This document shows, piece by piece, positions 1 to 12,474 of a stretch of DNA of 64,000 nucleotides. The notes below the pieces were generated by a model that worked only from the letters and a program-made list of their open reading frames with translations, was not told where the DNA came from and did not search any database. Numbering within the stretch: position 1 is the first letter of the stretch; each line of letters begins with the position of its first letter. The position numbers and the translations under genes were made by a program. The stretch comes from Selaginella moellendorffii (taxonomy: Eukaryota > Plantae > Lycopodiophyta), in contig NW_003314393.1 in assembly GCF_000143415.4 (NCBI RefSeq), positions 253,175-317,174 of the forward strand. The letters run 5' to 3'.

Positions 1-1362
1 ATACCACTGCCTGCAAGCTTTGGCAAGAACAAGTGTAGACAGTCTGTGCTATCTCCAACCTGTCTCGAGTTAGTGTGGAGCCTCGCCACTGGGGGCTGTG
101 AGCTGGATCGGGGCCTCACACTTGAGGAATGAGCTGGTGAAGATGGAAGTGAAGCTCTAGGCTTGGTCGTCAGCTCCGACAAGCATCTATGGGCAAACTT
201 CAGTGTCTGGAGTGGCTGTTCCTTGTTCAGCCTTGGGGCCACAGCTGAACGGTTTGTTTCCCTGGAGAACTCCTGGCTTGGTTGTGTCTTTGAGTGACAG
301 ATTGTGAACTCATCTTCTAGTGAGGCCTCCATGTTGATTCTGCAGGACAGAAGTGCATCCACACTAGGGCCTTGTTCCTCTCTATTTTTGGTCGTTCTGG
401 GTGGGGCAAACTTGAGTTCTCCTGTCCCACACCCTAGCTCTGCTGCTGTTGCACTTGCTGCTGCTCTGCTAGTGACTCCTGACCTGACCCTGGTGCGCTG
501 CTCTTGCACTTCTATGAGACATTCATCCCTATGAACCCCCTCAGCTGCAAAAGTGCTTGGGATGATTCCCCGCAAGCCTTTTTGACTTGTGACTGGCTTG
601 AGACTCTCACGAAGCTCCTGCACTCCAGCCAGTGACCATGCAAGTGGGTGAGGGGAGGTAGCTTCGTCCTCTTCTCCACTCTTAGTGGACACTTCGCCTC
701 TGGCATGGCTTACACTTCCGACTTTTTCCAGGACCTGGCCATCTCCCAACCTAGAAACATCCACCACTTCTATCTCATGGTTCTCATCCTGTTGGGCTGC
801 TGCTTTTCGTGGTTCACTTGCTGCCTTTTGCAGCAGTGTTCTGGCCATTGATACAGAGGGCCCTTTCCTGTCCTGGCTTGCTGCTGTGTGTGCTCCAAGA
901 CCTCGACCTTGTAACAGTCTTCCTCATGGGAGCTGAATGCTGAGGCCCCTACCTCACACTCCATGACCTTGGGAGCTATGATTGATGGGCGTGGATGCTG
1001 TGACTCCCTTGCTGACACAAGAGTGAGTACACAGCACCAGCAAAAAAAGGGGAATGATGCTTCTACGGCAGATGCCCCCGCTGACGGTAGCAAGTGTGGG
1101 GAGATTGCACGCTCTCCCCTAAGCTCTCTTCTACCTCTGGCTGCGCCTCCGATCACGGAAGCCATGGTATGGGTGCCTTCCACCACTGCCTCCCCAAAAA
1201 TCGTCCAACATTAGGGTTCACCGCCAGATATGTGCTGCAATTCAGCAAGATTGCTGAACGTGTATGTACATTCCCCATGTCCCAATGGGACTAATACAAA
1301 AACTGGGCATGCCGCCCTCTCAATGAGCTACTCTACATGATCCTCATATGTCACAGCTGGAC

Positions 1363-1900
1363 CTAGTCCTGGAGTAGAAGTGGACGTGGTCGTCTCAAGC
1401 ATATCATGTCAATGTCCAAGTCTCCTCCACGAGCTGACCTTAGAACAAAGTCCGGGGGGCGCCACTGCCAACGAATCTCACCACCTCTCAATCTGCTGAA
1501 GCATGGGAGCCACCTGGATCTCCACTCCTCGAGCTGCCTCAGTTTCACCCGCTCTTTGAGGATGGTGTAGTGAAGATGCACCGCTGCAAGAGTGAGTCTC
1601 CACCATGCTGCCACCACTGCTGATATTCTCGCTTGTTGCCCATCAAAGCGACAATGGTTCCGTGCCTCCCAGAGTGCCTGCACTCCTGTTGCCCTCCAAA
1701 TGGACCAGCGCTCATGGCCCGTTGCCCCCAGATGGACATCCCAACTTCAGCCCCTGTCACGTCCCACCGGACTCACATGTTCCATCCATGTCGTCCGTAG
1801 CAGCGAATACGTCTCCAAGCTGGATCAATGGCTGGACCTCTAGCTCCCTCAAACCAGTGGAGGATATCCCCACACCGAGCCTCAAACCCTAGAATGTCTC
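1363..1900 (-). pseudogene. Probable 3' remnant of an L1-type LINE ORF2
   Basis: ORF 1363-1683 contains ALWEARNHCRF and ends in W-rich WLPCF...IRWQW, resembling the W-x-LW-x-x-RN-x-x-x-F C-terminal motif of plant L1 ORF2. No RT core is visible. Confidence 0.4.
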
Positions 1901-2185
1901 TGAGTTCCTACGTCACCTTGCAATCCAGCAAGATTGCAGCACCACTTTATGCAATCCACATTTTCCGTGTGCCGTTGTCGAGACGGCGAGATTGAGAGCA
2001 AGTAGAGGAGGCAAGGGAATGAATTTTCATTCATTCGTGAGCGAGGGGAGGACAAGAGACAACCCTAGACAGGTTTCATCCTTTTTGGGACTCATCAGCT
2101 GGGTGTAGTCGTCTAGCATCTACCCTAACCCTAGTTCGGTGTCAACTCTACTTATATTCTGGCTCTCTTACTTGGCGCGAGTGGT

Positions 2186-3260
2186 AGGTGTCGTAGGCTA
2201 AAGGATCCCCGAAAGCATGACCAAAATGAGAAAAAGTTCATCGGATGGGACCAAGTCTGAGATCGAGTCCAAGACCGACTCTGAGACCAAGTTCGAGATA
2301 GAGTCCAGAATTGAGTCCGAGGCCGACTCAGAGACCGAGTTTGAGACCGAGTTTGAGACGGAGTCCGAGATCCGAGAATTCGGTCCAAGACCGAGTCCGA
2401 AGTTGAGTCCGAAGTCGAGTCTAAGATCGGGTCTGAGATCAAGTCCGAGATTTGAGTCCGAAACCGAGTCCGAGTACTAATACGGGTCAAGGGGTGAAAG
2501 CCCAAAGCATGTGTCTCTCAGGGGGGGGGGCTGCAAGGGGTTCCGTATAGTAGAGATAGTGAGGTCCAGGAACCAGTCTTGAAGGAACTCTCCAGTGGTG
2601 CTTCCAAACTGACTTAAGGTTGAGATTGGGGCCGAGAGGCCTTGGGTGGGAGTGAGCATGGACTCGGGTGGTGCCGGAGGGGCCACTCAAGGAAGTGCTC
2701 AAGAGCAGCTCCCACTCCCGAAAGGGAAACCGATTGCGGTGCTCCTAGCTATGTGGAGTGGTGCCCCACTTGAGTACCTTGTGGCTCATTGGTCCTCGCC
2801 CTTCCTAGCGGCTTAGGCCTTCCCTTCGGGATGGAAGTGGGGGGGTAGAGTTACCCATACTGGGCTGTTAGGCCACGGTGTTTCGCCCCAATATCCCGAA
2901 GCTAGTGTTGCACCCAAGACTTGGGATTTAGAGGGTCCCATGATCAAGTCTTGTGATACCAAGGGATGTTAAGAACATGGAGGCTTGCTGTGCTTGGCTG
3001 CTTGTGCTTGCGGGGAGTGTAGCCGAACCTTAAGTCCAGTCTAACCCGGGGAGGGGGATTGGGAGAGATTTGGGAATCCGTGGATGGATGGCTAACACTC
3101 CGTTGCTCGTGCAATGAGTAGCTGAAACCAAGTAGGACCAAGTAGGAGTTGGTACCATAGGCGGGAACTTTGGCGAGGGAACTTAGCAAAAGCCAAGGCA
3201 GTGTTGGACAGGTAGACGAGGTAAGCTGGCAAATTGGAAAGGAAAAATTTGTGGCTTACA
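2186..3260 (+). repeat. 5' LTR of copy A1 (5'-truncated), with GAGACCGAGTCC-like 12-bp tandem repeats
   Basis: Reverse complement of LTRs 34085-35231 and 40467-41614; ends in CA just before the PBS. Confidence 0.9.
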
Positions 3261-3319
3261 ATTTGGTATCAGAGCCTTTTCCTCAGTTCTAGCGAAGGAT
3301 AGAGGCGGATTGCTAGGAG

Positions 3320-6300
3320 ATGGCAAAGGCAGGGTGGAAGCGAACCAAGGTGGAGACGGAACCTCCTCCAGAGCTGGAGCCTCCCGTCGAACGAGAGGCT
3401 ATGGATGAGGAATCCTTGCATGAGGAGGATTCCAGTGAGGAAACTTCCAAACAGGAGTCCGGTGGCAAGGTTCGGTCTTCCAAGGCTCGATTGGATGTTC
3501 TAGAAGGATAGTTGGCACAGACCAATGCCTTGCTGGAGACTCTTGTACGCAAGCTAAAGCGTGATGAGAAGAGGAAGAAGAAGCGAAAGACTGCGGATGC
3601 TGGCAACGCAGAAGGTGCGGACCCGTTAGTAGGGACTGAGGCAGAACCAAACAAGGTTGAACAGACTGAAGTGGAATCAGTCCCTCAGGCAGTTCCCAAG
3701 TACAAACCAAAGCCCCCACCGGTCTTCAAGGGAGTGAATGACTATAACGTGGTGGAAGATTGGTTTAGGGTAGGATATTTGTCACGGACATGGGGGATAT
3801 GGATGCGTTCCATACCTTCATATCAGGTTTGCAATCCTAGGCTCGCGGTGAGGTGATGCGCTAGAACCCAACCAACTACAAGGAAGCGTTGGATGCGGCT
3901 ATCAAGGTGCATTTCAACAATAACTTGCGAAAGGGGAATGCGACGGGGTCGGAGTCCACATTTAGCAAAGGGGCCAAACCAAGGGGAACATATAGCAAAG
4001 GGAAATTCAAGAAGAGTTTCTCTAAGAATGAGTCCGTGGGGTTTCGAAAAGGCAAATCTGGTGGCCAGCGAGCGAGTATGTGGGGGGGTCAAGCAAAAAG
4101 AGACAAACCCACGGATAAAAAGGTCAAGTCGTTTAGCAGCGTGGGAAACAACGTATGCTACAACTACGGTGAAGCGGGACACTTTTCGAGGGAATGTCCT
4201 TACTCGAAGAAGACTAGAGCCAATATGGCCATTAAGTCGGGTGACATCCAAACTGAGGTATGTGACCTAGTCCCTAACTCAAAGTTACTCATTACACGAG
4301 CAACTTTGGTAGAGAGTCATTCGCGACATCTACTAGCCCTCTGAGGGAAGCTCGAAGGTAGCTTTGTTAAGATCCTTATTGACACGGGTGCTTCGGATAA
4401 TTTTGTGGCTGCAGACATAATCTGGCAAGCTGGACTAATGGTGTAGCAGCTGGGTGAACTAAGGACTATAGAGTTTGTTCAAGGTAGCTAAAGCACCGAT
4501 GAGGTACTTTAACAAACGAGAGTCAAAGTAGGGACATGGAAAGTAAACATGGATTTCACCGTGTTGGACATGGCAAGATTTGACGTGATCTTCGGAATGG
4601 ATTGATTCAATCAGTTCGTGGTAGCCCTGCATGGACAAGGTAGGAACCTTGTGGTACTAGCGAATGCCCAAAGAAGAAGATCTAGGGTGGAGGCCCAAGA
4701 TCTAAAGGTAGGGCAATGCAAAGCCAAAGATTCCTGCCTAAACCTGGTGTCCACGAGAGGACAACTCACTAAAGGAACCAAAGGCAGCCTTTTTGTGCTT
4801 TCTCTCGATGAAGAGTGACAAAAAGACGAGAATGGAAGAAGTACCTTTAGTGATCCAGAGGGTATTGGACCAATTCCAGGATATCATGCCAAAGGAGCTA
4901 CCAGTAGGGTTGCTCCCCGCACGACCGATAGAACATAAGATTGAGCTAGTCGAGAGTGCTGAGGTAGTGGTTCGTCCCCCCTATTGTTTGAACGAAAAAG
5001 AAGTCAAGGAGGTCAAGCGCCAACTAGAGGAGTTGGTGGACAAAGGGTATGTTAGGTTGAGCAAGTTGCTGTATGGGGCGCCGGTGTTATTTGTGAAAAA
5101 GAAAGATGGATCTATGCACATGTGCATAGACTACCGGTTGCTCAACAACTATACAAAGAAAAACAAGTACCCTTTGCCAAGGATTGAAGACCTATTGGGA
5201 AAGGCAAAATACTTCTCGAGGATTGACCTAAGGTCAGGATACTACCAGATCAGGGTAGCAAAGGAAGATTTCGAGAAGACAACCTATCAAACAAGGTATG
5301 GGAGCTTTGAGTTTTTGGTGATGTCCTTCGGGCTATGCAAGGCGCCGGCAACGTTTTTGGCATTGATGAACCACATATTTGTACCCTATCTAGATCATTT
5401 TGTGGTCGTCTATATTGACGACATCCTGATCTATACCAAAACGCTAGAGGAGCATGCCGAACATTTGACAAAGGTGTTTGAAAAACTAAGGGAACACCAG
5501 CTGTATGCTAAAGAGAGCAAATATGACTTTGCTCAACAAGAGGTAAAGTTTCTTGGGCATATGATGGGCAAGGACGGGCTCAAAGTGGACCCTAAGAAGG
5601 TCCAAGCGATCCAAAATTGGGAGCGACCATCAAATGTATACGAGTTAAGTGCATTCTTGGGGCTATGCAACTACTACCGAAAGTTTATCAAACACTATTT
5701 GAGAGTAGCCTTGCCCTTAATGGACCAAACGGGAAAAGGGAAGATGGTATGGACAGCAGAATGCGAGGCGGCATTTGTCCACCTCAAAGGGAAGTTGAGG
5801 AACCCTCCCGTGTTGACATTACCAGACTTTGGTAAGGACTTTGAGGTAGAAAAAAATGCTTCAAACTTTGCGCTGGGTGCAGTTTTGAAGTAAGACAATC
5901 ACCGAGTAGCGTTCTTCTCAAAGAAGTTGAACAAAGCTCAACGGAAATGGCCTGCCCATGAGAAGGAATTGTTTGCAGTGGTCAAGGCGCTCAAGGAGTG
6001 GTGACACTACCTTGGGAGACACTTCAAGGTTTACACGAACAATGTGGCAACGAAACACTTCTTGTCACAACCCAACCTAAGGGGGAAACAAGGTTGGTGG
6101 GCCAATGCTTGGCTGAGTTTGATTGTGAGATTCTGTACAAGCCTAGGAAGAGCAACATCGTGGTAGATGCACTAAGACGAAAAGCGAGCTTGAAGTTGGC
6201 AATATCCAGCACAACAACAACCTTTTGGGATGATGTGCGGACAGCATATGAGAATGATGATCTAGCACAAGAAGTGTTGCTGCGGAATCTGGAAGCACGG

Positions 6301-7166
6301 GAAGCTCACCAGAGAGGTGAGCTTCCAATGGAAGAGAAAACGGGCTATTAGGAATGCAATGGACTTATCTATTACAAGCAAACGAGGGTGTATGTAGTAG
6401 AAGGGGAACTAAGGAAGGTAACCTTAGAGAAATGTGTTATAACAACTCACCACATTCGAGTATCAGGGTGAGTCCATGGGAATTCATCAATGGGCTAGCT
6501 ATTGAAGGTCCTGTGGAGCTCGGTGTGGCCGAGTATCATGGAAAGTTACCTGCAGTGGAGGCATTCACGGTGGAAAGACTCAACATTTGGAATCTAGTGA
6601 GGGATTCCTTTGAATGAGCTCAACAAAGGCAAACCAAATACGCGAACCAGAAGCGTCAGGATGTAAAGTTCCAAACTGGGGAGAAGGTGTGGCTGAACAC
6701 CAAGAACCTCAAGCTACCAAGTGGGATCAGCTAGAAGTTGACCCAAAGGTAAAAATGCATGTATTTCATAAATGAATTAATCTTGAGTTCCTTAAGCAGG
6801 TTCGCGAGGCCTTATGAGATTAAGGCACGAATCGGTAAAGTGGCTTACCATCTCCGACTTCCTCAAGAGATGGGGAAGATGCACCCAGTGTTCCACGTGA
6901 ACTTACTCAAGCCGTACTTTGAGGATCCGCTTTGCAAGGACCAAGTAAGGCCTTTACTTGAGGTTATCCAACAGGAAGAGGAATACGAAGTCAAGGCTAT
7001 CCTCAATGCGCGCAAGAGCAAGCGACAAGGACGCAAGGTAAGAGAGTTCCATATGAAGTGGAAAGGATTTCCACACTGCGAAGCAACATGGGAATCAGAA
7101 GAGAATCTAGCGAATGCACAAGATCAAGTGGAGGAATTTCTACAAGGCAGAACTCTATGTGCTTAA
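3320..7166 (+). pseudogene. Disrupted gag-pol of copy A1
   Basis: ORFs 3320-3511, 3512-3856, 3889-4344 (decayed zinc knuckle), 4793-5893 (RT) and 6759-7166 (IN C-terminus plus chromodomain EYEVKAIL...KWKGF...TWE) match the 1295-aa ORF at 36520-40407 and its downstream exons. Confidence 0.92.
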
Positions 7167-7650
7167 GGAACCAACTCCCCGAGGTGTCGTAGGCTAAAGG
7201 ATCCCCGAAAGCATGACCAAAATGACAAAGAGTTCATCGGATGGGACTGAGTCTGAGATCGAGTTCAAGACCGACTCTGATACCAAGTTCGAGATAGAGT
7301 CCGGAATCGAGTCCAAGGCCAACTCGGAGACCGAGTTCGAGACAGAGTCTGAGATCTGAGAATCGAGTCCAAGACCGAGTTCAAAGTCGAGTCCGAAGTC
7401 GAGTCCGAGATCGGGTCCGAGATCGAGTCCGAGATCGAGTCCGAGACCGAATCCGAAGTGGGTCCGATATCGAGTAGGGATAGTGAAGTCTAGGAACTAG
7501 TCTTGAAGGAACTCTCCAGTGGTGCTTCCAAACTGACTTGAGGTTGAGACTGGGGCCGAGGGGAGTGAGCATGGACTCGGGTGGTGCTGGAGGGGCCACC
7601 CAAGGAAGTGCTCAAGAGCAGCTCCCACTCCCGAAAGGGAAACCGATTGC
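7164..7650 (+). repeat. Partial 3' LTR of copy A1
   Basis: Begins TAAGGAACCAACTC like the family A LTR start and repeats 2190-2737 with deletions. Confidence 0.85.
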
Positions 7651-8029
7651 ATCTTTTGCTTAATTGCTTAATAGTTATTAAGTCTTACAATTCATTGTTG
7701 ATGCTTTCACATCTCTATCATTATTTGGGTCACCACATTCTAACCGCATGCATTCCAACTTAGGTTATGCTATTCTTATTTCCATTGGGATTCCATTGGG
7801 AAGGGGTTCTCATGAACTCACCAACTTGACCTCAAGATATCATGCCTTGGCATATTCAATGTCTTCACACCATTGGCTCCACGAGCCTACCTTTATGACA
7901 CTTGTTATTTATGTTTAGGTGTTTGCCAAGATTAATACAGTCATTTCTCATGCCAACTAACCATTAACTTTGCACTATATAATTTATACACAACTTTGTG
8001 TCAAAGTTGTTTTCATTAAAGTTGTTGTC

Positions 8030-10430
8030 ATTAAACCACTTATAGTGGTCCTTCCCCTTTCATGCATTTAGTTCATACTAAACGTGTTAAAGAGATATTG
8101 TCTCTATTTCAATTTGACTACTCATTCAGGAGTAGATTTGGCCTCTACTAGCATAACCATCGCACTTTGGAACTTTTAATTTTGACTTCTCAAAGTCAAT
8201 TTCCTAGGTGTCTTCAACACCTTGCATTGCACGTGTTGTGCAAACTCCACTTCCCCATCCTAGGAAGTTCTTTACTTAAAGGCACTATCATCTTCTCTCC
8301 TATTTCGTGCCATTCTAGACATTAAATTCCATTTTCCCATAATTTGTGCTAAGGTTTTCCATGGCCCAATCATTTGGCTACCTTGCCGCTCCCTCCTTTG
8401 GAGCTTTTACTTTGCCAAATTGGAGCATTTAGGAATCTATCTTCGGAAATATCCTTTTCCACAATTCGTTAGCATTAAACACATAAGTGTTCCTCACCTA
8501 ACTTTTCCAATTGGATTTCTTCCAATAGTTTCTATGGCCTAAATTTAGCCCAAAAGTCCTAATCCAAACTTAGGGCTTGCTAGCCCCAAGAATCACCACT
8601 CAACATTTGCACTTGGTCCAAGTGCTCCACGTGTCCAATCCCATGATCGACACTCAAAGGTACCACCAACATATCAACCTGTTACACTAAGGCCATGCCC
8701 ATTCACTTTTGCCACACTGATAGTCCAACACCACCTGCATTATAGTCCCGTCTTTCAAAAATTGGGCTATCCATCCATGAATGGTCATCCTAGATCCACT
8801 CCTTAGCATCCTAAGTATGCCCGTAGACATAGGGAACAACCTTCCCTAATATCCCTTTTTCAATCCCCATTAAGTCCCTTTTTGTCCATGGCCATATTCG
8901 CCAATACTGCCACTGGGTCACGGCCCACTGACCCGACCACTAAGTTCCACTGTCCTTTGGGACTTCCTTACCATGTGACAGTATCCTTGGTCACTACACT
9001 AGAGGACTGCCCTTTTTCCTTTCTATAGTCTAGGACTTTGGGATAGCATTTTGAAACACTGTGGCACTATACAAGCCTCATGGGTACTCTCCCCACCTTC
9101 TGCCTTTGGGTGCTATAGCCATGGGGCTAGAGTGAGGTTCCATTGACCCATACTAAATATCTAGTGCCACCCATGCTTGGACTGGGAACATCAACCATTC
9201 AATTTCCTGGGGGAACTAAAGTTAGCTCTTAAACATTTCACTAAGCTAGCCCACTTGTCTGTCCATATTCATTTTATCTTTGGACTCCTCAGTGGATATA
9301 TCATCACCCAACACATGCAACACATGCATATAGCGTTCCTGGGTCACACTAGCCTTTGCCCCCCCGCCCCCCACGGGGATAACAGTTTGTATTAATATTT
9401 TGACTTGGATTCGGTCTCGATCTCAGTCTTGGTTCCATCTCAAACTCCATTTTGGGTCCATCTGGGACTTCATCTTGGGTCCATCTTGGACTCTATCTTG
9501 GAATCCATCTTAGACTCCATCTCGGGTCCATTTCGGACTCCATTTTGGGTCCATCTTCGACTCCATCTCGGGTCCATCTTGAATTCCATCTCTGACTCCA
9601 TTTTAGGTCCATCTCAGACTCCATTTCGGGTTCATCTCAGACTCCATCTTGGGTCCATCTCAAACTCTTCCATGTATCATATATTGGTCTTTTTGTGTCC
9701 CTTTTCTAGAGACTCACTGACTGTTTGCTTCGTGCTCGTTCCTCGAGCACTTTGTTGGGAGTTCAACTCCCACTCTTGACTATCCAAATTGGCACTTTTA
9801 GTCCAAACATGTTACTCTCTTTTGATTTCCACTTCGACCACTACCATATAACACCCTTTTGGCTCCAATTTTGGGTCTCACAACTCCACCACCCATATAC
9901 GAAGTTCAATGTCCTTATTGAATGATAAACCATTTTATAAAGTAATATTAGCATATATTACCCTTTCTATCTTTGGCACATAGCCAGTATTGATCAATGG
10001 TTTGACACCAAAGGCTCACCATGCCTTGTCCATCCTCTAAAGTGCATAGTCTCTCCAACTTAGAGACTCATTAGACCACTTATGGTGGTCCTTCCCCATC
10101 ATGCATTTAGTTCATGCTAAATGTGTTAGAGACACCGTCTCTATTTTAATTTGACTACTTATTTAGGAGTAGCCTTGGCCTCTACTAGCATAACCATTGC
10201 ACTTTGGAATTTTTAATTTTGACTTCTCAAAGTCAATTTCCTAGATGTCTCCAACATCTTGCATTGCATATATCATATGTTAGTCCTCTTGTATCCCTTT
10301 TCTAGAGACTCACTTACTACTTGCTTCGTGCTCGTTCCTTGAGCACTTCGTTGGGAGTTCAACTCCCATCTCGACTGTCTAAGTTAGCACTTTTAGTCCA
10401 AACATATTACTCTCGTTTGGCTTCCACTAC
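8030..10430. repeat. Decayed repeat debris with local duplications
   Basis: ~8030-8230 recurs at ~10070-10270 and ~9690-9835 recurs at ~10285-10430. 9405-9670 is a decayed GACTCCATCTTGG tandem array resembling the family A LTR repeats. Confidence 0.55.
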
Positions 10431-10687
10431 CAATATAGCAATATAACAATATACCCTTGAGCCTCACTTTGACTGATGTTGACCACATGGTCAAAGCTGG
10501 CGTCTAACAATTCTTCCCCCCCAACATTGTTCATGTCCCAAAGATGAATTGTACCGGTGATCACCCTTTCTGGGGAACCTTGCTCAAGCTCCTAGTCCAT
10601 CTTCCACAGCTGTATATATTGAGGCATTACTTCATATGGACTAGCATATCAATAAAAAAGTTTGTCACTCTTCCCTGTTCGTAAAGG

Positions 10688-11510
10688 TGTTGGGGGAAGG
10701 AGGGGCACCTCCCCCAACACTCGCTCAAACATGAGAAATACTTCAATACTCTCTACAAAAATGCCCCCCCTTGCCTTTGTGGGGCAAAGGTTTTATACAA
10801 GGAAGATGGGGAATATTTTGAGGACCAAAATAATTCCTCTCTTTCTCACTCTCTCCCTCTCTCTTGTCTGTCTTGTGGTGGTTTTGTTTGATCTTGGGTG
10901 TGTTGGATAGGTCTGGAGCTCCTCTTTCCAGCAAGGTATGACAGTCATCAAACCGTGTAATATTTGAAGAGATACAACGTTTCTTGGCTCGGTTTGAGGA
11001 ACAGTTTGGGGTTTTCACTTTCTTGCCTAGATCCTCAACCCAATTTCTCATAGTAGTGCACTTGGGCTTGTAAATCTGGCCTAGATCTATGAATAGGGGT
11101 GATTCTTGGCGCTAAATTTGGCCAAATTGGCGGCATGCAAAAGGATTTTCTTCTCTAGTTAGATTGGGCCATTTTTGTCGCAAGAATTTGTGCTCCTCCA
11201 GGCTTTGTTTTGGATGTTGTTTGTTTCTAGAGGTACTCCTGGCCCTAGGCTTTCCGAAAATACCAACGCCGCCTTAATATCGATCTACATCAGTGACATT
11301 CACATGTTTTTCCACAATATTGGTGTTTTGGGCAACCTCTTCTTGGATTTTGGGGAATATTGAGGTGGATTCTTCCCAAATTCCTACGATAGAGGGTAGA
11401 CGGGGTTGAGCCCTTTCCAACAAGCCCACCAACAATCAAAATGGAGAAGGATCGAGACTAGAGGACTCATTTTTCTCTTTTGGGTTAAACTTTGTTGGGG
11501 GGTTCTTTGA
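10688..11510. mobile_element. Rearranged fragment of family C (Tat-like): inverted LTR joined to forward 5' internal region
   Basis: 10688-~10860 is the reverse complement of the ~187-bp LTR at 51446/57522. ~10875-11510 matches ~51735-52355 in forward orientation. Confidence 0.8.
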
Positions 11511-11600
11511 ACACCAAGAACCTAAAATTACCAAGTGGAATCAGTTGGAAGTTGACCCAAAGGTAAAATGCATATATTCTTGGAAATGAATTGACATTGT
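11508..11600 (+). pseudogene. Small family A integrase fragment retaining an intron donor
   Basis: NTKNLKLPSGIS-x-KLTQR followed by GTAAAATGCAT, the same junction as at 6749 and 36068. Confidence 0.6.
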
Positions 11601-12474
11601 CTTTATCCTTGTCTTTGCACTCAGGTAGTAGCAGCATCAACCTTCATTAAAATAAGACCATCTCCCATAGGAAGTGGAGTTGAAGGACGTGTAGCGAAGG
11701 ACGTGGAGTGGAAGAGGCAATATTTCAAAATATTGTGCCAAGTGAAGAGCATCATCAAGGGTGGCTAGAGCAAGTGCATGCACAAGTTTTACAAGATCTT
11801 GACGAGGTGTTAGTCATAACATTCCTAACTTGATCCTCTTTGACATACTAGGCTTCTCATAAAGCAAGAAGCTTTGGAAATGAATGTTAAATTGCATCAT
11901 GGACTCAGACAACCCTTGATAAAGACAATGCAATTGTTAAAAGGCATCATTACAATTGTTGACATGTCCAAATGTGCGTCTAAAGATGTTTGGAAGAATG
12001 CTCCAATCCTCACAAGTGGTTATGTTCAAACCATTGTACCATTGTAGTACTATCTCTTAGAAATGTGTGGGAAATTCATGCAAATGCCGGGCATCATCCC
12101 AAGAATGATACATAACAATCACTGTGAAGTGATTGAACCAATAGTACATATCATCTTTAGGATTTCTACGGAAGAACTCCAACTAAACTCGAAGATTGGC
12201 AGCAAAAGCAAAAAGAGTTGTACCACACACCATGAATGCTGCTATCAACTGAGTCTAATTGTTCAATTATAACCATATAACATTGAGCAATTGCACCAAT
12301 TGCTGCTCCAAAGTCAAAGGAAAAGGAGGCTGCTGGTCTGCTATAAAAATGAATGAAAAGAAAAAAAACAAAAGAGAAAAAATTGAAAAAGTTATAAGAA
12401 AAGAGAGATTTAAACAATGTAAAAGCTAGATTTAAAGGAGAATCCCAAATCCAAATGCTCCTCAACTCCACTAA

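Larger units (their letters stand above)
2186..7650 (+). mobile_element. Degenerate Ty3/gypsy chromovirus LTR retrotransposon (family A, copy A1)
   Basis: Colinear with the intact copy at 34085-41614. 5'-truncated LTR ends GGCTTACA at 3260, followed by PBS TGGTATCAGAGC (tRNA-iMet). gag/PR/RT (YIDD)/RH/IN/chromodomain fragments carry stops and two internal deletions (~3765 in gag, ~6430 in IN). Partial 3' LTR from ~7164. Confidence 0.92.

Noticed and set aside
1-1300. Host gene in the short overlapping ORFs
   Set aside because: No recognisable domain or consistent exon chain; probably decayed repeat sequence.
2152-2505. S/E/T/R-rich ORFs (also 34866-35180, 41249-41563, 45977-46379)
   Set aside because: They are translations of 6/12-bp tandem repeats within LTRs.
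11620-12340. Possible decayed coding fragment
   Set aside because: Many stops and no family recognised.
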